From NCBI GenBank assembly GCA_037447605.1, contig CM074821.1, positions 1,426,001 to 1,490,000 of the forward strand: a stretch of DNA of 64,000 nucleotides, written 5' to 3'. This stretch comes from Zygnema circumcarinatum SAG 698-1b. Lineage: Eukaryota; Plantae; Zygnematophyceae. Under the pieces are notes generated by a model, which did not search any database, had not been told where the DNA came from, and was given only the letters and a program-made list of their open reading frames with translations. A program made the position numbers and the translations under genes. Below are positions 55,082-64,000 of the stretch, one piece after another (positions within the stretch are counted from its first letter, which is position 1; each line of letters opens with the position of its first letter).

Positions 55082-57106
55082 TTAATAGGGAGAGGAAAGA
55101 ATGACATACAATCATACACACAACAGAAGCATAAGCAAAGAAACGAGGGGCAAAAGCAAAGGCAAGGAAGACAGAGGCAAGGGCAACACAGCAAGGGGCA
55201 AAGGCAAGAGAGGCTGGAGCAAGTGCAAGGGAGGCAGAATGCGGAATGCGGAATGCCGAATGTCGAATGCGGAATGCGGAATGCCGAATGCGGAATGGGA
55301 AATGCGGAATGCAGAATGGGAAATGCAGCAGCAAAAAAAAAAATGAATGCTGTTGTGCAGCAAAAAAACAAAATGAATGCTGTAGCAGCAGCAACAAGAG
55401 CAGCAAGGGCAGCAACCGCAACAGCAGCAGCAGCAGCAGGAGGAGGAGCAGGAGTGGGAGCAGGAGCAGCAGCACAGCAACAGTAGCAGCAGCAGAAAAA
55501 GAAGCAGAAGCAATAGGCGCAACAGCAGTAGAAAAAGCAGCAGCAAAAAAAACAGAAGCAATAAGAGCAACAACAGAAGCAGTAGCAGCAGCAGCACCAA
55601 CAGCAACAACAACAGCAGTAGTAACAGCAGCAGCAGAAAAAGAAGCAGCAGCAATAGCAACAGCAGACGCAGAAGCAGCAGCCAGCACCAGCAGCAAGAG
55701 CAGCAGCAGCAATAGCAGCAGCAGAAAAAGAAGCAGCAGCAATAGCAACAGCAGACGCAGAAGCAGCAGCCAGCACCAGCAGCAAGAGCAGCAGCAGCAA
55801 TAGCAGCAGCAGCAGAAAAAGAAGCAGCAGCAGTAGCAACAGCAGAAGCAGCAGCAATAGCAACAGCAGAAGCAGAAGCAGCAGCCAGCACCAGCAGCAA
55901 GAGCAGCAGCAGCAATAGCAGCAGCAGCCATAGCAGCAGCAGCAGGAACAACAGAAGCACGAGCAGCAGCAGCACAGAAATAGCAGCAGCAGCAAAAAAA
56001 GCACCAGCAAGAAAAGCAGCAGCAACAGCAGCACAGCAATAGCAACAGCAGCAGAAAAAGAAGCAGCAAAAAAAAACCAGCAGCAGCAGCAGAAACAGCA
56101 GCAGCAAAAAAACCAGCAGCAGCAGTAGCAGCAGAAAGAGCAGCAAGGGAGACAAGGGAGGCATGGGCCAGGGCGAGGGAGGCAGGGGCAGGTGCAAGGG
56201 CAAGGACTCACCGCTGCTCAACTCCGCCGTCGTCACTTCGCGTCCTCGCTGACCACTCTCCCGTGGTGCTTAGAGGTCCGTGAGGACGCGGTTGCCGCAA
56301 GGTGGGTGTTGTTGGTGGGAGAAAGAAAAACCCTAAAACTGTGCCAGCACTGAGGGTGGGTTTCCATCAGCCCGTTATTCCGACGTGGCGTCGTAATGGA
56401 GGACGACCCATGGGTTCCATGAGGCCGTTTCCGCCAACGTGGCACCGACGTGGCTGCCACGTGGTAACGAGGCACCGTTCCACAGGATGCTGCTCCGGAG
56501 GTGGTGTAACGCCATTACGACCATTCGCGTGCCGCCACGTGGCTATCAAAGATCCGCAAGCGTGCGACTGCCACGCTGGCCAACGGCGTTCTGATGGAAC
56601 TCGTCGTTCCATCTGAAAACGGCATCCTACGTGGACCGTAACGAGCTCGTTACGAAACGGGCTGATGGAAACCCACCCTGAAACGCTGCTCTGCGCGGCG
56701 GCGGGTCGCTGCGTCCGGGCGGCGGCGGTGAGGCTCTCGCACGTGCATGACGCGCATGGCGACAAGGCGGGCACGATTCCTCATCGGCGGAAAGCTGGAA
56801 TTTCGAAACGCAGGGCCTCCGGAGGCCCTGCGTTTCGGCGAGCAGAATTCAGAAATTTGGGGGCATTTTTGTAACCTATTCCGCCGTACGGACGTGACAG
56901 ACAGGTTCGGGGGGAGCCGCGGTTTCCGACCCGAATTCTGCATTCGAAATCAATACCTTTTCGCCGGCGAAATCTTTCAATTCCGCCGGCGATGGTCAAG
57001 GTCCGACTCCCCCTAGTACACGCAGACCTTTTTTCGCTGGGCAGATTTTAAAATTGACAAAAAAGGATAAAATAACGGAAAATGCTTTTATCACACCTTT
57101 TTGGAA

Positions 57107-58036
57107 GGAAAGTTCTATCTACAGTGTCCATTTTCTGAAAACAGTCACTTTTTCGTCGGGCAGCTTTTACAAAGGATTTTTTAGCAAAATATGCTGTTTC
57201 ATACTTTTCAGAATAGAATAGATACAGACCTTTTTTCATCGGGTGTACGGATGGTGATTTGAATGTACGAAGTGCGCGCGTCTACAAGGTATAAGGGTGC
57301 AACACGTGGAGCGACATGATTGGTCGCGGCAACATATGACGTGACAAGTATGTTTGGGACCGTGACGTGATGAAACGAGACGCGATAAAAGTGGAGTCCG
57401 CGAACGGCAGTCGGAAATGGCAGGAATTAAAATTGACAGACTTAAAAAACCCAATTTAGGGTTTTTGAGTGCGTCTGCCGCACCTCCTTTGTACAGTTCG
57501 CGCAAGGCAACAGGAGATGGAGTTCGTTACGCGGGAGGAGTTAGATCGAAGATGTCAGGAAGAGGTATATGCAGGAAGGAGTTGTCCTGGCCATCAAGAG
57601 TACAGTAGTACGGAGAAACGGGTGGTGTTCAACTGTGATCGAGGTGGGGAATATAGAAATGCTCTAAACCTGACAGAGTTAAAATTGACAAACCCTAATG
57701 GGTTTTTAGGGTTTGTCAATTTTTTTTCCCGCCATTTCCGACTGCCGTCCGCGGACCACTTTTTTCGCGACTCGTTTCGTCACGTCACGGTTCCCAACAT
57801 GACTGTCACGTCATATGTTGTCTCGACCAATCATGTCGCTCCACGTGTGCGCCCTTATACCTTGTAGACGCGCGCGCTTCGTACATTCAAATCACCATCC
57901 GTACACCCGACGAAAAAAGGTCTGTATCTATTCTGAGAAGTATGAAACAGCATTTTTCGCTGAAAAGTCCTTTGTGCAAGCTGCCCGGCGAAAAAGTGAC
58001 TGTTTTCAGAAAAGGACACTGTAAATAGCACTTCCC
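57107..58036 (+). mobile_element. Mutator-like deletion derivative with ~320-bp TIRs and a transposase N-terminal fragment (57517-~57678)
   Basis: 57107-~57440 is the reverse complement of ~57715-58036; peptide MEFVTREELDRRCQ...EKRVVFNCDRGGEYRNALNLTE resembles the MULE FAR1/WRKY-like zinc-finger start; no TSD found. Confidence 0.75.
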
Positions 58037-58545
58037 TAAGAAAATTGCCCAGAGTGCTCTACGTGTCACTATAACGCGAGTACACTGTACATATGATAAC
58101 CAAACAAAGTGAACTATTGAACTTCGATGTATATTGTTCAATTTGAAAAGTAGGACCTCGATTGTTCAAAAGTTCAAATGAAACTTTTGTCATTTGAACA
58201 TTGAACAATTCCAAAATAAAGAAGTGTCGGCAGTAGCTGCGCCGCTCCGGCATTCAACCGGCTGGCATGTGCGGACGGCTTACATCCAACAGGTTGAATG
58301 AAGTTGAATGAAGTAACTTCGTTTGGATGGTTTGGAGACTCTCCGCCTGAACATGTTCATTCAACCAGCTGATGCCTGAAGTTGAACCATGGCCCTAGCG
58401 GCTCTATGGCAGTTCGCCGTCCCGCGCTGGCCGTGACTGCGACATGGAACAGGGCGTGGACCGCGTCGGGCGGCGCGATCAACCGCGAGGTTCAGCCGGC
58501 GCTGATCCGCGGGTGGACCTGGCGGCGGTGGAGCCGGGCCGGGCG

Positions 58546-58598
58546 GGGTTAGGGTTAGGGTTAGGGTTAGGGTTAGGGTTAGAATTAGGGTTAGGGTT
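58546..58598 (+). repeat. (TTAGGG)n tract: 5 perfect units, TTAGAA, 2 more units
   Basis: Read directly. Confidence 0.85.
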
Positions 58599-59888
58599 GA
58601 TGAAGCGGAAAACGCGCTGCAGCGACGCTCACACGTGTGTGCACTACCACCGGGAGGGANNNNNNNNNNGGGAGGGGAGGGAGGGGAGGCAAATAGGGAA
58701 AGGAGGGAAGAGAAATAGGGAGTGGAGCGGACGAGAGAGAGGAAGAAAGAGGGAGATCAAGAACGAGAGGGAGACGACGGAGTGAGGATTGGAGAGAGAA
58801 AGCGAAACAGACGAGGGCGATTGGAGAGTGAGAGGGAGAGGGAAAACGAGAGGGAGGGGGAGAGAGAGATAATTAGAATGTGAGGAAGGGAGTGACGGGA
58901 GCAGGAGGGGGATGTGAGGGAGAGATAGAGAAGGAGGTAGGGCGACGTATGAGAGATGGAGAAGTTAAAGAAAGAGAGAGTCGGAGGAAGCGATGGCGTA
59001 GAACACATTAGGTTGAAGTGTGTCTACTGGAGATGGGAGGAAAGGGAGGGATTAGTGAGAAGGGAGACAGAGAGAGAGAGGGAGAGGGATATAGGAGGAG
59101 GACAGACAGAAGAGAAGCTTTGGGCTTGAAGTTCGAGCTTGCACGTTCTCTTTACTCTTCCTCTCTCTCTCTCACTCTCTCTCTCTATGTGCCCTCTCTC
59201 TCACTCTGTGTGCGCTGGCTCTCTCTTTTTGCGATTTACTTCCAATGTTTGTGCTGACTTATGTGTTTATACTTTGAATGCAGGAAGATTTGACCGGCCT
59301 TGTTATGCAATTCTTTGACATGTTTTGGCCAACAGGGTTGTGAGGGCGTAATGGGACTTGATGATGATGAGTGTGATCCATTTGTTGGGCCCGAGTTCAT
59401 TTTACAGCCGGAAATGGAAACACTTCGATGAGAATTTCGACGTAAGGTTTTCCTTTATCTATAGATAAATTGGATGCCTTTTCTTTTGCTTTTTTTTTTT
59501 TTCTGTGCAATTTATTTTTTGATGGTTTTTCTTGTGGTAGAATGCAGTCGTTTATTCTGGGACTCAAAAAAGTCCTTCAGAATTTTTTGATTAGCTTTGG
59601 GAGTCCAGGAACTATAGTTTTCAATTTACTTCGAAACCTGAAAATTCGAAACTTTTCAACCTCTGAAAAAAACTTCAAAATCGTAAATCGCTTGCCTGCC
59701 TTCTGGGTGAATGCCCTTTCGTGCAGATTTCTTCAAAAACTGGACAACGAGAGAAAGTGGGGTAAAGACGAGAGAGAGACAGGTAGAGAGCGAGAGAGAG
59801 AGAGCGGGAGAGGGAGTGAGTGAGAGAGAGCGTGAGAGAGCGAGAGGAGTAGTACAGAAAAGAACTTTGCGGTTTGCAGTTTTCTGAA

Positions 59889-61886
59889 ATGGAGGCGGTG
59901 CCGTTTCAGAGTAGTACGGAGGGAAACAGAGGAAACCCAATTCAGTTAGTTCCATCTCCCTCCTTCCCTCAGTCTATTATGAGGACCCCAATGTGGAGTC
60001 CTGTAGATAACGGGGTAGGACTGTTTCCAAGAATCAATGTTGTACATACGCAGCCCCCCCAATTGCCCATAATTCAACCGACACTTTTTTCAAAAGAAAA
60101 GATTCCGAGAAAAGAAGGTGGAAAAAAGAGCTTGGAGAGGAGGGAAAAGTCGGAAGATGGGAAGGAGCCGAGGAAGGATGGAAGGTTAGAGTGGCCCCGA
60201 AGAAGAGTAATTCAGTTACTGAAAATTGTGTATGGGATGGAGGGAGAGAGAGCCGGGAGTAACGAAGATGGGAGTAGGAGCAAGCCCAAATTAAATCGGA
60301 TCAAAAAAGGGACTTATAGGGCAGCAGCGGCGATATTTTCCGCAGATGGGTTCCCTGTAACGGTGGAGCAGGTGTTGAATAAGGCGAAGAATCTGTTTAA
60401 TACATGGAGAAAATTCAAAGTTATGGTGAAGGAAGTGCCGGATGTGGGGGAGGCGCTGCTTTACAGCGACAGAACGGAGAGAGTGAGGGCAGTGAAACTC
60501 TGCGATTTCGATAAAATGATAAGATCGAGAGTGGTGAACTTTGACATTGGCCCAGAAATGGAATATTATTTTGGAGACGGACCCGCGGAGGCGGAGCCAA
60601 ATGCAGTATATGAGTCAGTTGCTGAGGAGGAGGATTTCTGTAAATTAGTATTGAAAAGAGTGAAGGAGGGATATCTGGCAGGTGCGTATGCGACGGGAAA
60701 TGATGAGTCTGCTGGGAGTGAGGAGGAGGGAGGAGAGGGAGGGGGAGGGGAAATGCTGACAGATTCCGGAAAGAAAGGAGGGAAGAAAAGGAAATTAGCA
60801 TTAACGATGGGAGGGGGTAGTTGGGGTCCAAAGGAGAAGAAGGAGAAGGAGTCACAGGACCTGATGGATTTAGAAAGGGGAGTTCTACTGTTGGGAGATG
60901 GAAGTGGAGAGCAGAATATGGGGGGCATAAATGTGGATACTTTGGGAGCCGAGCCGCAAAATATGGGCAATTTTCCGAATATTGGCGCGCTTTTTGCGCG
61001 GGAAGGAGGGGAGGAGGAGAGGAGGAACGAGAGGAGCGAGAGAGGAGAGAAGAGAGAGAAGGGTGGGAGAGGAGGGAGTGAGAGTGCTCCTACTCCTACC
61101 ACTACTGCCCAATTGCAGCTTCAGCTACGCAGAGAACAGGTGTCTTTGGAGCGACTGAAAGTGGAAAATGAATCCCTTCGGCTGAAAAACGATGGCATGA
61201 AACTAAGCAACGAAGCGAATGCTATTCAGCTGCAGAGGGAGGAGCTGCAGTCCCAAAATATGAGGTATCACACTCTTATGAATTTCTGCTTAAGGATGTT
61301 TCAGACGCAGATGGGACTCCCTGCAGGAGCTCCTCTGAGTTCAGGGCAAGTGGCTGCTTTCAAAACCCAACTGGAAAATTTCACTAATGGGGGAGCCTGG
61401 CAGTACCCGCAGTACCCCTCTCCCACGGCTCCAAACAGGAATTTTCCGACGGGAAATTCAACATTTCCGAGAGGAAATAATTACCAATCTGGGCCGTCGA
61501 TACCTATTCCCTCTGCTCCTCCCGCTCCCTCTCCTCCTCCTCCTGCGGGAGGAGGCCTCCCTCCTGCTACCGCTCCTTCATCTCGAGCTCAGCCTTTAGG
61601 TGGAGCCTCTATGGCCCCATTGAATACTATGGCTCCTATGAATAGCATTAACAGTTCTATGAACACAGTTCCGTTGAGCGATTCCGTTTCGAAGCATGCG
61701 AGGTCGCCTCTTCCGGAGATTCGGCCACGGATGGCTATGATGATGCAGTCGGGGGAGATTCAACCTCAGCCGTTGATTTCGGCAGATCTGCAGGGTTCAG
61801 AGCAGGAGCTTCAGCAGCAGAGCCATTTGCAGAACCCCGACGGGCAGCCTTTGCAAGATATCGGCCAATCACCGCCTCCGGATTAG
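59889..61886 (+). CDS. Trihelix (Myb/SANT-like) transcription factor, divergent GT-gamma clade (HRA1/At1g21200-like), 665 aa, intronless CDS
   Basis: LEWPRRRVIQLLKIV...IKKGTYRAAAAIFSADGFPVTVEQVLNKAKNLFNTWRK resembles WTDxMVRLLI...QKKGKWKSVS..M.EKGF.VSPQQCEDKFNDLNKRYK; coiled coil LERLKVENESLRLKND; P/Q-rich tail. Confidence 0.72.
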   Translation: MEAVPFQSSTEGNRGNPIQLVPSPSFPQSIMRTPMWSPVDNGVGLFPRINVVHTQPPQLPIIQPTLFSKEKIPRKEGGKKSLERREKSEDGKEPRKDGRLEWPRRRVIQLLKIVYGMEGERAGSNEDGSRSKPKLNRIKKGTYRAAAAIFSADGFPVTVEQVLNKAKNLFNTWRKFKVMVKEVPDVGEALLYSDRTERVRAVKLCDFDKMIRSRVVNFDIGPEMEYYFGDGPAEAEPNAVYESVAEEEDFCKLVLKRVKEGYLAGAYATGNDESAGSEEEGGEGGGGEMLTDSGKKGGKKRKLALTMGGGSWGPKEKKEKESQDLMDLERGVLLLGDGSGEQNMGGINVDTLGAEPQNMGNFPNIGALFAREGGEEERRNERSERGEKREKGGRGGSESAPTPTTTAQLQLQLRREQVSLERLKVENESLRLKNDGMKLSNEANAIQLQREELQSQNMRYHTLMNFCLRMFQTQMGLPAGAPLSSGQVAAFKTQLENFTNGGAWQYPQYPSPTAPNRNFPTGNSTFPRGNNYQSGPSIPIPSAPPAPSPPPPAGGGLPPATAPSSRAQPLGGASMAPLNTMAPMNSINSSMNTVPLSDSVSKHARSPLPEIRPRMAMMMQSGEIQPQPLISADLQGSEQELQQQSHLQNPDGQPLQDIGQSPPPD

Positions 61887-62675
61887 CTCAAGATTTTCCA
61901 TGGCTCGATTCGATTTTTTCTATGGGTGTGTTGTGGGTTTATATGGGAAGGCTGAGGGAAGGGACGGCCGAATGTTGGAGATTTAGGGTCTGGGGGTTTA
62001 GGGTTTAGGGTTTAGTGATATTGGACGTTCGGTTCAAAGCAATAAGGTAAGGGGGTTTGAGAAAAACCCTTGGTTTTCCCCGCTTTTCTACATTGATACT
62101 GTGTAAAGAAATTGGAGAGAGAGAGAGAGCGAGAGAGAGAGAGAGAGAGAAAGTGAGAGCGAGAGAAAGTCACTCACGTAAATTGACCTAATCCGAATTC
62201 ACGATTCGTAAATGGTGTATTTCACCTTCCGGTTTTATGTTCTAATACGCCGTTCACATGGACTATAGTTCTGTCTCGCTATGATTTGGCGCCTTTTACT
62301 TGTCATTTCATGAAACTGTACGGCTGCTGAGTACATGTGCAGCATCTTGACACGGATTGCACTGAACATAGTTATTTCGATCAAACATGGAGATTGAGTT
62401 GAAACTCAATCTTTCATTCGCATTCAGCATCAAGCGTTCTATGGGCATTTTTTCTTTTTAAGGCCGCAAGATTCTTCTTGAATTACAATATTTTCCTCTA
62501 CTCCTGTGTATCTTTTTGCGGAAAAGAAAGATGGAATTTATTATGCTGCCATAGTAATGGTTGGCGCTAAACTTATTAAAAAAAAAAAACACCTTTTACA
62601 AATTTTCCGAGGGACAACACGGAACATCGATCTATGTATGTACTTGTTTATCTATTTACAGAATTCAGCCCCATG

Positions 62676-63461
62676 TCAACGCGAGGAGACGAATCCTCCC
62701 TGAACTGAGCCCATTCCGATCGGCAGCTCGTTGCCTTCTCGCCCTTCACGGTATGCATCCTCCGCCGCGATGACGCCCTGAGGAGATCATGCATCGACAT
62801 GAGCAGAGGAAGGGAAGGGGAAGGGGGAGGGAGTGAGGGAGGGAGAGGGAGGGGAAGGGGGAGGGGGAGAGGGAGGGGAAGGAGGAGGGGGAGAAGGAGG
62901 GGAGGGGGAGGGGGAGGGGGAGAGGGAGAGGGAGAGCGAGAGGGAGAGGGGGGGAGGGAGAGGGAGAGGGGGGGGGAGGGAGAGGGAGGGGGCAGGGAGG
63001 GAGGCCGAGAGAATGGGGAAAGAATGGGGAGACGGAGAGAGGCTGGGGAGGGCGAAATCATTATTGTCATTAGCACATCGGTCATTCACCATCTGAATTC
63101 ATGTTACTCCTATTCGTGGCATACGAAAGGCCCAAAATTGGTAAGACGAGAATTGCTCCCTCATTCCAAAGTTTGATTCCCAGTCCGTACTATCACCTCC
63201 TACCTTCAATAGGAGGAGCGCTCCCTTCTTCTCCAGCACTTCGTTGTATTCACTGCAGTTCAGCGACTGCCACCCCATGCCATACCATCCTAATGTGATG
63301 CCATCCTCTCTCTCCCCCTCTCCCCTCTTCCCTCCCCTCTTCCCCCTCCCACCTCCACCCTCCCCCCGTCCACCGTCCCCCTCCGCCCCTCCTCCATCCC
63401 CACTCCTCCCCCTCTCCCCTCCCCACTCCCTCTCCATTCCTCTCTCCCTTCTGTACCCCCC

Positions 63462-63500
<39 letters not shown>

Positions 63501-63861
63501 GTCTCTCTCTCTCCCTCTCTCCTCTCTCCGCCTCCCTCTCTTACCTGCACGCAATTGGGGCAGCCGGGTATTGCCTCGCAGTCGCAGGAAACCACGAGCT
63601 CCATGGCTGCCTGCAGGAGCTCCGCAAACATAGGGCGGGCCTGCACACCAAACGAACAAAAAATCTTTATCTTTAAAAATTCATGATCCCGCGCCTACCG
63701 AAAACCTAAAATGGGCAATATAGAATCAGTACCCCACCTGCGCCGCCAGCCCTATGCCGCCTGGATGCCGGTCGTAGATGAGTATCCGTTCTGGAAAGTA
63801 GCGCGTGTCGTCTGGATGGGCACACTCGGCGCCCACGTCCGCGGAGTTGCACATCACATAT
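62676..63861 (-). CDS. HRQ1: HRQ1 (RecQ4-like, DUF1998 Zn-binding C-terminus) helicase, last four exons 63861-63738, 63640-63545, 63266-63204, 62777-62676; gene continues beyond the window
   Basis: YVMCNSADVGAECAHPDDTRYFPERILIYDRHPGGIGLAAQ|ARPMFAELLQAAMELVVSCDCEAIPGCPNCVQ|SLNCSEYNEVLEKKGALLLLK|GVIAAE...*; phase-consistent GT-AG junctions. Confidence 0.9.
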
Positions 63862-64000
63862 CTGCCCGGAAAAAAAAAAAAAAAAGGGGGGGACAGGGAG
63901 GAGGGTGGAGTAAAAAGTAAATATTAAGAAATAGTTTTGAACTTTGGAAAAACGCGTTAAAGGATAGTGCTCCATTACAGATTTTTTTTTTTTTTTATTT

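Larger units (their letters stand above)
52087..57014. mobile_element. 4928-bp non-autonomous TIR element, 27-bp TIR, 3-bp TSD AGT, with large internal inverted arms (~52557-53950 and ~54645-56235)
   Basis: AGGGGGAGTC(A/G)GACCTTGACCATCGCC at both ends (1 mismatch); AGT at 52084-52086 and 57015-57017. Arms are built of (GCT)n, (GCATTCC)n, (TTGCCC)n and tRNA-like units. No transposase seen. Confidence 0.8.

Noticed and set aside
52516-56236. Long poly-Cys/Leu/Ala ORFs (up to 390 aa)
   Set aside because: Products of (GCT)n, (GCATTCC)n and (TTGCCC)n microsatellites, open in several frames on both strands; no domain

Overview
Eukaryotic green-plant nuclear DNA, most likely a streptophyte alga (inferred from land-plant-like orthologues, GC-rich exons and GA/CT-microsatellite-filled introns). 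It is a draft assembly with eleven 10-N gaps. Spliced gene models built by hand from GT/GC-AG boundaries and codon phase: alpha-type Rubisco activase (9 exons), ER cyclophilin CYP20-1-like (8), complex I subunit NDUFB4/B15 (2), a 5-exon hypothetical gene, a GT92/DUF23 glycosyltransferase (3), a divergent condensin CAP-G-like HEAT gene (partly duplicated, probably by assembly), IPC synthase (12), an intronless GT-B-type glycosyltransferase, a GT-gamma trihelix factor and the 3' end of HRQ1 helicase. There is also one tRNA-Ala(UGC). The 47-58 kb interval is a nest of non-autonomous DNA transposons (MULE-like, hAT-like and a 3-bp ANT-TSD family). Most notable observations: (1) four perfect ERSE-I elements (CCAAT-N9-CCACG) in two identically spaced convergent pairs upstream of the ER cyclophilin, with the same motif recurring inside MULE-like elements (10 perfect copies found by eye, about 0.12 expected); (2) a 4.9-kb TIR element whose inverted arms carry three bacterial-type tRNA-Cys-like cloverleaves; (3) a Rubisco activase with the redox Cys pair plus an extra RG-repeat tail; (4) a LIM-like Cys/His-rich upstream ORF that could splice in frame onto IPCS. 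Protein identities rest on remembered motifs, not database searches.
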